DNA of 64,000 nt, from positions 864,001 through 928,000 of the forward strand of contig OZ244034.1 in NCBI GenBank assembly GCA_965215185.1, given 5' to 3'. A program made the translations under genes and the position numbers. This DNA comes from Acidimicrobiia bacterium. Lineage in GTDB: Bacteria; Actinomycetota; Acidimicrobiia; Spongiisociales; ZC4RG35. Each line of letters begins with the position of its first letter. The stretch's first letter is position 1. Positions 10,134 through 19,722 of the stretch are shown in pieces. The notes beneath the pieces are model-generated. The model saw only the letters and a program-made list of their open reading frames with translations. It was not told where the DNA came from and did no database searches.

Positions 10134-11657
10134 TTATCGACAGAAATGCGACCATACTGCGTTGGCTCTGACCGGTCCGATGCTGTACACAGCGTCGAGG
10201 TCGGCGATGCTGTAGAACGGTTGGTTGGCCCATAACCTTGGGGCCAGGGTCGCTCCGATGCCGTATACCGCGTCAAAGTCGGCGATGGACTTGTCGGCAA
10301 TGACGCAGGCGGCCTCTGTTGTGTCGGTTGTAGGGTTCTCCGACCCATTAGCGAACCCAACTCCTTGGTCGCCGCATCCGGCCAAGGTGGCGGACAAGGC
10401 GTCCGCCTCGGCCTGATCTACGGTAAGTTCCCATGCCGACTTGACTGCCACAGTAGTCCGAGCTAATAGGCACCGACCTGCTGCTGTTACCCGATAGCCG
10501 CCGCCACAGGCAGCCGACGAAGCAATGCGAGAATCTGACCACTCGGCTATGTCATCCCCGCTCTTTGACTGGTTGACACAGGCCCGTGACGCAACATGGT
10601 TAGCCGGGTCTCGGCTGAACCGCCGTCTCTGATCAGATGACCATGCCCACCCGCCCGATTCGTGAGCTTCGTGTAACGCCACAACATGATCTACATGGCA
10701 GACGTCAATAGTGGTTGCCGTGTAAGGGTCCGCCGAACCCACTGCCTCCCGGCAGAGACTGCTCCCGTGCGGACCCCAGTCGTCGCGGTCGTAACCTGTG
10801 CTCTGTTCAACGGCGATTTGAAGCTGCACCGACACAGGAGCCGACCCTGTTGTCTCCTCGGTGGCAGCGTTCCCCTCTGTTGATGGTATTGCGGGGGGAC
10901 AAATGTCAGGGGCTGATGCTCGGCATATAAACAGCACCGTTTCCTCCCGAACCGTGGGAGTACCGAAACCGAAAACAGAAGGATCTGTGCCCATCCCACC
11001 GGCAACGCCCTGGTCATGTGCCCACCCAATCGGCAGGTTGGCCCATTGCGACCGGCTAATGGGCACATCGGTGTAAATGTCGCTTCCCCTCGACCCTCCT
11101 GCAGGGGACCCTTTCGCTCGGAAAAGGAAAGTGACCGTTTGTTCCCGGTTTAGCGTCTGGGAACCGCCAAACGCCACCTGGCTGACCCCACTCGTAATCT
11201 GATTGCTGACCGCCCACCCAATCGCGTGATTCGCCCAATGATCAACCGGCACATCCGAAAACCTGTCACTCCCCTTCATACCACTGCGGCACTGGGTGGG
11301 AGCAAAAGCCCTACACAAGAAAGTAACCATCTCATACCGGGTCAAGGTTTGTCCCATACCAAACCGGTTATCGCCCACACCAACGGTTATCCCTTCCTCC
11401 ACAGCCCAAGCAATGGCATGCTCGGCTATATGCCCCTCGGGGACATCCTCAAAACCGGTAAGGGCCCTCCCCAAACCAACCTGGGAAGAAAAAAGCAGGA
11501 CAGACACCACCAACCCCACCCCCACAGAACGAAATGTCCGAGACCTCACAACTGCCACAAGCACCCCATTATCGTCTCCCAGCCGATCACTTCCCAAACG
11601 GGGACCGTCACCTGTGCTAGCCTCGCCGGGCCCCGGCAAACTTTCAATCCCGAGCAA
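10134..11657 (-). CDS. SLH-domain surface protein with a DUF1524-like HNH nuclease and a C-terminal ComEA-like helix-hairpin-helix
   Basis: Hydrophobic signal segment; three SLH repeats (FEDVPEGH, FSDVPVDHW, YTDVP); GYDRDDWG...HVDHVVAL.EA.ESG...N...VNQSKS; two HhH motifs (VYGIGATLA, VYSIGPVRA). Start codon uncertain. Confidence 0.75.
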   Translation of the reverse strand: MLGIESLPGPGEASTGDGPRLGSDRLGDDNGVLVAVVRSRTFRSVGVGLVVSVLLFSSQVGLGRALTGFEDVPEGHIAEHAIAWAVEEGITVGVGDNRFGMGQTLTRYEMVTFLCRAFAPTQCRSGMKGSDRFSDVPVDHWANHAIGWAVSNQITSGVSQVAFGGSQTLNREQTVTFLFRAKGSPAGGSRGSDIYTDVPISRSQWANLPIGWAHDQGVAGGMGTDPSVFGFGTPTVREETVLFICRASAPDICPPAIPSTEGNAATEETTGSAPVSVQLQIAVEQSTGYDRDDWGPHGSSLCREAVGSADPYTATTIDVCHVDHVVALHEAHESGGWAWSSDQRRRFSRDPANHVASRACVNQSKSGDDIAEWSDSRIASSAACGGGYRVTAAGRCLLARTTVAVKSAWELTVDQAEADALSATLAGCGDQGVGFANGSENPTTDTTEAACVIADKSIADFDAVYGIGATLAPRLWANQPFYSIADLDAVYSIGPVRANAVWSHFCR

Positions 11658-11698
11658 TATGCTTGCGAGATACAGCCTGACGATGTGAGGAAACGATT

Positions 11699-12460
11699 GT
11701 GGCAGGTGACCCTAACGATGACAATGACCAGATGGACAAGGGTATGTCCAAAGGAGAGTTACGGAGACAAAAGCGTCGGCAAGAGATCAAGCGGCTGCAG
11801 ACCCAGAAAGAGGAGGCTCAGGAGCAAAGAAAGCAGGCTCTAGACGAGGTCGACGAGGCAAGAGCCCGAATCGACCAGGCCCGCCAGCAGATCGAAGAAT
11901 GGGAGGCGGAGAAGAAACAGTTCCTTGAGCGCAGTGAACGCCAAAGGCGTCGGATCGAGGAGATTGGTAGCCGTATCGAGAAACTCCAAAAGCGGAGAGG
12001 GGCTTTGTGGTGGGCTGGCGCTGCTGCGATTGTAGTTGTAGTCGTAGCAGTCATTGCGGGGCTGCTACAGGGCGATGGTCCGAGCCTGCCTGATGTGACA
12101 CCACGTCAAACGAACACCACCACGAGCAGGGCGACCACTACAACGACCACGACAAGGGTGACCACGACAAGGCGGGTGCCACAGACCCCGATGGACGCAG
12201 CTGAGAGATGCTTTTCTGCCTGGGATGGCAACCATGACGACTTTGAGCGGCAAGTCCGTGAATTGCTGAACGACCCAGGCAGCATGGAAACGCACGGGAC
12301 CTATTTCAATAGCGACGAGGACATTTCTGACGGAACAATGACGATCCGGATGGACTATGGGGCACGCAACCAACTGGGCGGCATGGTCCGGACCGATGCT
12401 ATTGCCGAGATGAACGTACGCACTTGTGAAGTGACGGTCATCGACTACGGAGTCGGGTAA
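11699..12460 (+). CDS. Hypothetical membrane protein (coiled coil, TM helix, Thr-rich linker, extracellular domain)
   Basis: Charged helical N-terminus; TM WWAGAAAIVVVVVAVIAGLL; C-terminal CFSAWDGNH...DPGSMETH...YGARNQLGG. Confidence 0.7.
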   Translation: MAGDPNDDNDQMDKGMSKGELRRQKRRQEIKRLQTQKEEAQEQRKQALDEVDEARARIDQARQQIEEWEAEKKQFLERSERQRRRIEEIGSRIEKLQKRRGALWWAGAAAIVVVVVAVIAGLLQGDGPSLPDVTPRQTNTTTSRATTTTTTTRVTTTRRVPQTPMDAAERCFSAWDGNHDDFERQVRELLNDPGSMETHGTYFNSDEDISDGTMTIRMDYGARNQLGGMVRTDAIAEMNVRTCEVTVIDYGVG

Positions 12461-12502
12461 AACCAACACCCCAGCTAGATCAAAGTTATAGTCGCCGCTT
12501 GC

Positions 12503-12527
12503 GACTGATATTCAGCGAATATCAGTC
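12503..12527. repeat. Palindromic junction site B (perfect 11-3-11)
   Basis: GACTGATATTC-AGC-GAATATCAGTC. Confidence 0.85.
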
Positions 12528-12799
12528 ATGATTGGGTTTTAGGCTTCACCCGGAAGGTCGGGCAGCTTGGCGTTCTTTCGGGGTCAGCAAGCCACTGATC
12601 CAAATATCCCGACTCCACGAAAGTGGGGTACCATCAGGTCGCCCAGTGGACCCACGAACCTGATAGTGACTATCCAAAGATCACGTTGTCGGATCTTCCC
12701 AATCTGGGATCGTCCAGCTAGGTCGCAGGACAGGACTGGCGGCGAATATCCCATCCGACCCTGATCGTCTGCGGGAATGGCTAGCTAGGTGTCGGGCAA

Positions 12800-12950
12800 C
12801 CCCATCTCGAACTCGCCCGAGTTCCCTACTGCCGCCCTGTTGTCCTCGTCAGGCACAGTGATCCTCCCCAACGGCCTGGGCGCACACATGGTCGACGATC
12901 ACGGCGGCGTCACCCCCCAAGAACTCCTCATCCCCCTACTGGTCGGCTAA
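12800..12950 (+). pseudogene. C-terminal fragment of an alkaline-phosphatase-superfamily (PglZ/NPP-like) gene
   Basis: 12900-12950 translates as HGGVTPQELLIPLLVG*, resembling the terminal HGG..E..P motif. Confidence 0.35.
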
Positions 12951-13173
12951 AGCAAACCGGTGCCGAGTTGTGTCTCTTTCTCAGAGCGGCACCGCGTCTT
13001 TGAGCATCTAATCGCTACGATGTCGGCCCCATCTGTCAAGAGGGTTGCGCACTGCGTTCATGCTCACCACTTAGGCCGTCTTTATCCCGGCCGAGGAGGT
13101 AGAGAGCCAGAACAGGCTCTCCGTGTCACAATCGGGAAGTGCCTACTGGCAATCTACCTCAGAATCCCCGTCC

Positions 13174-13578
13174 TTACTCCAAGGGCACTCTTCGGAGTCC
13201 GCCTGCCTTGGTTACTGCGAACATCCATGGACCATCAGGCTCGTTTTGTATCTGCTCGAGGATCGACGTCCAATGCTTCTTGAGAGTTAGGAGACTTCCG
13301 GTGCTTGTTTGGTTCTTTCTCCCGGTCAACACGAAACCCCGCGTCTTGTAGGCGATCCACTTTGCTTTTTGCACTGGCCGCCTTCGTATATCTTTATCAC
13401 GAGTGATCACAACCATCCGGCGACAGCTCACGAGTTCTAACCATGTTTCGTCCAGACACCCTCGAGGAATCTCTGGAAGGTCAGGATGACCGGGATAAAC
13501 AACCTCTCCCGGCAGAAAACTGGCAAGCCGTTTGCCGAGTCCCAAGTCTGTCTCGTCTGCGAAGTACCGGTGTGGCAT
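13174..13578 (-). CDS. VapC45-like PIN-domain toxin
   Basis: YFADETDL...DETWL...VITRDKDIRRRP; lies downstream of a DUF433 gene. Confidence 0.8.
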   Translation of the reverse strand: MPHRYFADETDLGLGKRLASFLPGEVVYPGHPDLPEIPRGCLDETWLELVSCRRMVVITRDKDIRRRPVQKAKWIAYKTRGFVLTGRKNQTSTGSLLTLKKHWTSILEQIQNEPDGPWMFAVTKAGGLRRVPLE

Positions 13579-13587
13579 AGGCGCTGG

Positions 13588-14292
13588 CTACGCCGCCAAC
13601 ACCCTTTGCATCTCCTCGAAGGCAACGCCTGCCCTCACCAGGTGCTCCTGCATCTCATAGTCTGCTGCGATCTCGCTCACCTTTTCTCCAGCTGCTCGTA
13701 GTTCCCAAAGTCGCTCAGTGGCCACACCTCCAATGGCCGGGCGACCAAAGCACACCAGTGGGTCGATGCACACATACGCATCCACGCCTCCCGGGTACAT
13801 GCGGCAGGCCTCTCCTAAGGCGCCGCTATTGGGATCAAACCCAACTTTGTTGAAGAAGCTGTTGGCCTCGTCAGCCAGGATCATCATCTGTCCTGACCGC
13901 ACCACCATGGCGAGAGCGGAAGGCAGATTGTTTTCGACTTGCAGCTTCCAAACTATCTCATGGCCGTTGAGGTACAGGTTCTTTGTCGCCAGCGGATAGG
14001 GGAGTTCGAACACGCTACGCAACTCGTCTATGACCGGACGCAGATACTGGAGCGACACTCCTTTGCGACGGTACTCGCGGAGATAACCGAGTTCGACGAA
14101 CTCTCCCCAAGTCACCGCATCTTCGCCTGTGGCCTGTGGGCGAATAACCGGCGGATATACCTTGCCCCGCTGTGTGTAGCCATCAAGCCAAGCACTAACA
14201 CGGTCACGGCGGATGCCCAAGTGCTTGGCGGCTTCTGAAATCCCATAGGTTGGGCGTTCAAGAATTGAGATATTCGTAGCTGTTACCACCAT
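13588..14292 (-). CDS. VapB45-like antitoxin (N-terminal HTH plus DUF433)
   Basis: PTYGISEAAKHLG HTH; IDPLVCFGRPAIGGVATERL...GE.VSEIAADY. Confidence 0.8.
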   Translation of the reverse strand: MVVTATNISILERPTYGISEAAKHLGIRRDRVSAWLDGYTQRGKVYPPVIRPQATGEDAVTWGEFVELGYLREYRRKGVSLQYLRPVIDELRSVFELPYPLATKNLYLNGHEIVWKLQVENNLPSALAMVVRSGQMMILADEANSFFNKVGFDPNSGALGEACRMYPGGVDAYVCIDPLVCFGRPAIGGVATERLWELRAAGEKVSEIAADYEMQEHLVRAGVAFEEMQRVLAA

Positions 14293-14436
14293 TCCCCGTG
14301 CTTAAGGCTGATAGTAGCAGTAGCAGAAACACAGGGATGTCATTCGACCCACCGAATGCGTTGACTCACTGGCGTTCGGTCGTCCGATGCGGCTATGGTC
14401 ACGGAAACCTGCTAAAGCTCTTTGACTAACGCTAGA

Positions 14437-15486
14437 TGTCCTTCCCACATAGGTCGGTTACAAGTTGGGTGATGGGTGGTTGGCCTCCGAGTGAGCTGTG
14501 GGGTCTGCGGTGATTGTAGGTGCGAAGGAATCTGGTGAGGGCTTGGCGGCGTTGTTGGTTGGTGGTGTAGGGGCGTTTGTAGGCCCATCCTCCGAGGAGG
14601 GTTTGGTGGAAGCGTTCCACTTTCCCGTTGGTCTGGGGACGGTAAGGACGGATCAGTTTGTGAGCGGCGCCGATCTCCGAAAGAGCATCGGCGAAGGGTT
14701 GGCTGCGGCGGTAGGCCCAGGCGTTGTCGGTCATTACTCGGTCTATGCGATACCCCCAGGAGGCGAACCAGCGGGCGGCGCGGAGCATGAACCCGGCGCA
14801 GGCGTGGCCGTCCTGGGAGTCGAGGGCTTCGCGAGTAGGCCATGCGAGTGTGGTCATCGACCATGGAGTGCACATACTCATAGCCGACCTTCTGACGGGG
14901 ACCGGCTTGGGACCGGCCCAGGACCCGCCATCCGCCTCCATCAGGTATTTTGCCCAGTTTCTTGATGTCCACGTGGACCAGTTCACCTGGGCAGTCTCGC
15001 ACGTAACGGATCGGTGTGCCGGTGGTGCGGTCCAAATCGGAGAGGCGGGACAGTCCCCGGCGGGCGAGCACCCCGTAGATGGTGGAACGCGGTACACCCA
15101 GCCGTCCGGCCATCAGATGGGGGCCTTCTTTCTCTGTGATCCGATCCGAAACGATCCGCTTTTCCATCTCCGAAGAGACCCGATTGGGACTGTGGCGAGG
15201 CCTGCTGGAGCGATCCTCCAGTCCGGCTTCTCCTTCCTCCCGCCAGCGTCTCATCCACCGATAGGCAGTCTGCCGAGAAACCCCCACCGATTCGGCGGCC
15301 CGAGCCGCCGGCCAACCCAACTCGAGGATCCGATCCACCAACAACCTACGCCCGAACGGTGTCAACTTTCTACAGTTGGTTCTCACGAGGGCCTCCTGTG
15401 ATTCGCGGATAATGCTTACCCACAAATCAAACCAGGAGGCTCTCACTCATCCAAGCATTCTGTCAACAACGTCCATGGGAAGGACA
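14437..15486 (-). mobile_element. IS481-family element, complete ends, frameshifted transposase
   Basis: Terminal IRs beginning TGTCCTTCCCA at both ends; 6-bp target duplication GCTAGA (14431-14436 and 15487-15492). Motifs PGELVHVDIKKLG, VMTDN, RPYRPQTNGKVERF. Confidence 0.92.
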
Positions 15487-15595
15487 GCTAGACCACTAGC
15501 CGGGGGGCCCGAAAGACCGGTTGACGGAAGCTGAGGTTGTAGGCGGCTGAGCGCAGGACGGTCTCATGGGCGAACGGTGCAGGCGTACCTGTGTG

Positions 15596-16510
15596 CTACT
15601 GGTACTCGAAACTCCAGTCAATGAGAGTTCCCCTCGGGACTTCTGCGATCGCCCAGCCGCTCCAACTCAAATCCCCAGTCAACCTCCTGAGCCCGGAATG
15701 CGGGAGATTTGTGTCGGCGACCCGCACAAGTCTCAACTCTGCACTATTGGAGACTTCCACGCCGGCGCGCCGCAACTCGACCGTACAGTCGTCCCAGTAA
15801 TTCTCAATGATCTGTTCGATTTGGCCTAACTGGGCCAGCAGCTTCATTGCCTGAAACTTGCATTTGAGGTTGGAGCGATTTGCCAGCAGTCCGCCCCCTG
15901 GTGGCGCAATCGCCTTGCCGCCGACCTGTGTGACCACGTTTGCGTTCTTGCGGCGCAGTTCCCTGCTCTGCTCATCGGTGAGGGTGCTTCCTTCCACGCC
16001 GTGCACGATGTACGGTTCCAATGCCTCGGGCCAGTTCGAGTCGATGATGTTGAGGAAGTCGATGTCGATCCAGCCGAAATCGGCGGGATCTCCGCTGTTT
16101 GGGTGGTTCCTCACATCGAGGAAGTAAGCGTCAGAAGGCTGGACGAACACGAACAGCAAGTCGTCTGTGCGTTGCACGTACTGGCCGCTTGGATCGGACT
16201 TGGCTCCGAGGTGGAAATGGTGCACCCCGAAATCGCTTAAAAGCCCGTCTTTGAAGTGAGCATCCGATGCTTTCTTACTCAGGAACTCTGCAAGGTCGCC
16301 CCCCGCTTCGAAACGGCTCCTTATGGCCTCGATTGGAGTCGCATAGCGCCCATCAAGCGTCCCCAGTGTGGCGTGGAACTCAGCCGAACAATGCACACGG
16401 CGCGGGCGCGGCACGATCATCTTGACGAAGCTGTAGAAATATCTCTCCAGCAGATCTACAGGATTTGACGTCCCGGTTCGCGTGTGCCGGATGCCCTGCT
16501 CATCAAACAC
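15596..16510 (-). CDS. Hypothetical protein (island cargo)
   Basis: 304-aa ORF with a motif-like DGLLSDFGVHHFHLG...RTDDLLF...FLDVRNH segment; function unknown. Confidence 0.6.
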   Translation of the reverse strand: MFDEQGIRHTRTGTSNPVDLLERYFYSFVKMIVPRPRRVHCSAEFHATLGTLDGRYATPIEAIRSRFEAGGDLAEFLSKKASDAHFKDGLLSDFGVHHFHLGAKSDPSGQYVQRTDDLLFVFVQPSDAYFLDVRNHPNSGDPADFGWIDIDFLNIIDSNWPEALEPYIVHGVEGSTLTDEQSRELRRKNANVVTQVGGKAIAPPGGGLLANRSNLKCKFQAMKLLAQLGQIEQIIENYWDDCTVELRRAGVEVSNSAELRLVRVADTNLPHSGLRRLTGDLSWSGWAIAEVPRGTLIDWSFEYQ

Positions 16511-16602
16511 CGCTCGATCCCATCTACCAAATCGCTCACGAAATCGGGGCGGCGTATCAAGGTCACCTTACGGGTTCCGGGGGCATGGTAAAGGCATGGC
16601 CC

Positions 16603-16720
16603 TCAGATATCAAGGTAGCAGCTCCAGTTTTCCATTAGTTGGCGTCGTCGTTCTAGGAGGTCTGTTCTGGCGTAGGCTTTTTCCACAGGATTTCGAATTT
16701 CGTGGCCGAGGGCGCGTTCT
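16603..16720 (-). pseudogene. 3'-terminal fragment of a tyrosine integrase
   Basis: Translates ERALGHEIRNPVEKAYARTDLLERRRQLMENWSCYLDI*, closely matching 31825-31940. Confidence 0.8.
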
Positions 16721-16844
16721 ATTGGGCGATGCGACTGTTGAAGCCATCCGGCAGATCAACAATCGTATCTCGCCTTAGGATGACGTTGCTTTTTGGGATG
16801 TACGACACCCGGGTCACCAACTGGACCAAGGGCATGCACATTGA

Positions 16845-17999
16845 TCACGTTTCCAGGTAGTGAGCCCACTTTTCCATGATCGGTCGTCGTGCTTCGAGGA
16901 GATCGCTTCTGGCATAGGCGCCTTCTACGCCTCCCACGATGTGCGCCAGTGCTGCCTCGGCTATCTCGCGAGGCACTCCCGAGTCTCTACACCAGTCACG
17001 GAAGGATGATCGCATCCCGTGTGGAACGGCTTCGATCCCGTTTTCGCGAACCAGTTTGGAGATCGTTGAGTTGGATAGTGGCTTTCCTGTGGGTGATGGG
17101 AATACCAGCCCCTTTGCGTCTGTGAGGTCGGCAGCATCGTTGATGATGTTCCGTGCCGGCCTGCTTAGAGGTACCCGATGCGGGCGACCGGTTTTGGTTC
17201 GTTCGCCGGGAATCTCCCATGTGTCGGTGGTGAGGTCGATCTCGTCCCATGTGGCGTTTCGGACTTCGCCGCTTCTGGTTGCTGTCAAGGTCAGGATTTT
17301 GAACGCGGCGATGGTCGCCCAATGGGCATTGGACGCTTCGACAGTTTTGATAGCCGCGCTGACGTGGCTGTGGTGCAGGGCTCGCATGTGGTTGCGTCGG
17401 GTGCTGTTTTTGCCTAGCCCGGCGAGAATTGCCGAGCTGGGATCCGACTCCAAGAAACCCTCTGCGATCGCCCATTTCATGATGGCGCCGATTCGCTGTT
17501 GGACTCTTCGGGCTGTTTCGGGTTTGCTGTGCCACATGGGCGACAGGCATTTCATGATGTCTTTGCTGGTGACCTCGTCGACCTGTTTGCGTCCGATGTG
17601 GGGGAACACATAGGTTTGCAGGCTTGATTCCCAGATTTTTCGGCTCCGGCTTCCCGGTCGCCATTTTCCGGAGTGCAGTTCGATCACTTTGGCGGCTGCT
17701 TGTTGGAAGGTCGGTGTTTGGCCTGATCGCGGGTTGTGGCCTTCCTCAACGGACTGGCGGTTCCTCAGGGCCCGTCTTCGGGCTTCGGCCAGTGTGACGG
17801 CGGGATAGCTGCCCAGGCCCAGATTGGTTTCCCGCCCGTTGAGGCGGAGTCGCTGACTCCAGGTCTTCGATAACCGACCCTGGATGTTGGTGGTTTTGAC
17901 CAGTAGACTCAGCCCATGGCCGCCTCTGCCGTCTCCGTATCGTCCTGGTTGCCGGACCGTCTTGACGAAGGAGGCCGACAGAATGTTCGGTCTTTTCAC
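16845..17999 (-). CDS. P4-like tyrosine integrase (arm-binding domain plus catalytic domain), intact
   Basis: PGRYGDG..GL.L..LGLGSYPAVTLAEAR; catalytic residues TATRSGE, TKT, HGMRSSFR, LAH, GAY. Confidence 0.92.
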   Translation of the reverse strand: MKRPNILSASFVKTVRQPGRYGDGRGGHGLSLLVKTTNIQGRLSKTWSQRLRLNGRETNLGLGSYPAVTLAEARRRALRNRQSVEEGHNPRSGQTPTFQQAAAKVIELHSGKWRPGSRSRKIWESSLQTYVFPHIGRKQVDEVTSKDIMKCLSPMWHSKPETARRVQQRIGAIMKWAIAEGFLESDPSSAILAGLGKNSTRRNHMRALHHSHVSAAIKTVEASNAHWATIAAFKILTLTATRSGEVRNATWDEIDLTTDTWEIPGERTKTGRPHRVPLSRPARNIINDAADLTDAKGLVFPSPTGKPLSNSTISKLVRENGIEAVPHGMRSSFRDWCRDSGVPREIAEAALAHIVGGVEGAYARSDLLEARRPIMEKWAHYLET

Positions 18000-18417
18000 G
18001 TCTCTGTTTCCAATTGTTTCCTGTTGAGTTATGGGCCCGGTTATCAGTAGTTATCAGTTTAGGGGTGAGCCTCTATGGTCGTCAGTGGAACACCAATGGT
18101 AGGGCTAATCGGTGGCGTGACCTGGGATGATAGGGATCTTATAGGTTTTCCCTGGCATCCCAGATAAAGTGGACGTTGGTTACCCGCACCTCCACTGCAC
18201 CCTCACCCGCCTGGAAACACCGTAGAAGAGCCTTCCCCTGACAGGACGGTGACTGTTTGACGGTCTGCGACTAATGTGCCAGGCGGAATGTCTGAGTGCG
18301 GTAGAATACGTGGGTGCAGATAGCAGCCCGATTTTGCCTGTGTGGAGCAGAACAACCATGGTCCTAGGGGGGACTGGATCCCGCGATCTGCTGTACCGCT
18401 CTTCCAACCAAGGAAGA

Positions 18418-18441
18418 ATGGGGGACAAAATGGGGGACAAA
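18418..18441 (+). repeat. 12-bp tandem repeat (ATGGGGGACAAA)x2, likely integrase arm-type site
   Basis: Exact direct repeat about 35 bp upstream of the tRNA fragment. Confidence 0.6.
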
Positions 18442-18474
18442 TCACTGAATTCCCCTATTAACTAGGGTAAATAC

Positions 18475-18523
18475 ACGGGCTCATAATCCGTTGGTTGCAG
18501 GTTCGAGTCCTGCCGGGCCCACC
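18475..18523 (+). tRNA. 3' half of a CAU-anticodon tRNA (Ile2/Met); att-site remnant, not a full tRNA
   Basis: Anticodon arm ACGGG-CTCATAA-TCCGT, T-arm GCAGG-TTCGAGT-CCTGC, acceptor 3' strand CGGGCCC-ACC. No D-arm or 5' acceptor strand upstream. Confidence 0.8.
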
Positions 18524-18711
18524 CTCATTCACCCTGTTTCATCCTGTTTCCTGATGTTTCACGAAGTGCCACAAGTGCAGGTAGATCATCGTTTCCGCCA
18601 TCGTGTGAGCACTAGGTGACCAGCCCTGCTCGCGTTCCTCGACGTTTCAAGTTGGTTCGGGTTGTTTCGTTTTGTGTGGGACGGCCTGTGGAACGGGATT
18701 GGAGGTGAGGG

Positions 18712-19420
18712 ATGCCGAAACTGACTGCTGCGAGCGTGCGGCACGCCAAGCCAGGATCACACAGTGATGGAAATGGGCTGATTCTGAGGGTCTTTCTAAC
18801 CGGAGGCAAACGGTGGGTGTGAGAGAGGAACCGTACAGGGAAGAAGACGGGACTTTGGCTTTGGCTCTTACCCGACGGTCTCGCTCAAAGAGGCCAGAAC
18901 GAAGGCGTTGGAACATCTCAGGATTGCTCGGTTGGGAGGGATCCCTCCGTTCCCCGGTCTCAGGTTCCGACTCTCCAGCAGGCTGCGGAGAAGGTCTTTC
19001 AACTTCACCGGGCCAAATGGAAGCCAGGAGGCCGATCCGAGGAGCAATGGAGGTCGTCCCTCGCCAACTATGTGTTCCCACGAGTCGGCAACAAACCGGT
19101 CAACAACGTCACCACCCAAGATGTTATGGCCTGCCTGGCTCCTATTTGGTATTCCCGATCCACAACGGCCCGGCGGACCCTCCAGCGGATCTCGGCCATT
19201 ATGCGTTGGAGCATCGCTCAGGGTTACAGGGCGGACAACCCGGCGGACGACCGAATCACAGCCGGTCTGGGTAAGAACACCAAGCGGCCCCAGCACCTCA
19301 AGTCCGTACACCACAGCCGAGTGGCTGCAGCCATTGCCAAGATTCGAGAGTCCACGGCCCATCCGACGATTCGCCTTGCAACCGAATTTGGCATCCTGAC
19401 GGCTACAAGGTCAGGGGAGG
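18712..19420 (+). pseudogene. P4-like integrase pseudogene (stop and frameshifts; truncated by IS1182)
   Basis: MPKLTAASVRHAKPGSHSDGNGLILRV...; ...ILTATRSGEA ends at the CTAG of the IS end. Confidence 0.85.
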
Positions 19421-19620
19421 CTAGGAGGCTGCTGAGTAATGGGGTTGGTGGGTGGGGGTGTGGTTTGGTGGTTTAGGGGTTTTGGGGTGGTGGGTTGAAT
19501 TGTTGTGGGTGGTTGGTGGTTTGGGTGGTGGGTTAGGTGAGGTGGATGGCCCAGCCGGTGGGGGTGTGGTGGAGGCCGAGGTTGATAAGTCGGCGTAGGT
19601 TGATAGCGGCAGCGCGGGTT
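19421..19620 (-). mobile_element. IS1182 right-end remnant
   Basis: CTAGGAGGCTGCTGAGTAAT is the reverse complement of the 1522-1541 end (1 mismatch); encodes TRAAAINLRRLINLGLHHTPTGWAIHLT*. Confidence 0.88.
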
Positions 19621-19722
19621 CGGAGGAGAAGGCGGAACTGTGGGCCGCGCTCCGCCGGATCGGTGAGGGACTTGATGTTCCTCGGGCTTCGCTCGCTTAA
19701 CCTGTTCGGGGCCATTGGTTGC

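Noticed and set aside
432-15446. Programmed frameshifting in the IS1182, IS30 and IS481 transposases
   Set aside because: These families normally use single ORFs and no slippery motif is evident. The indels are decay or possibly sequencing errors.
18450-18526. Complete tRNA gene
   Set aside because: The 5' acceptor strand and D-arm are missing; only the 3' half is present.
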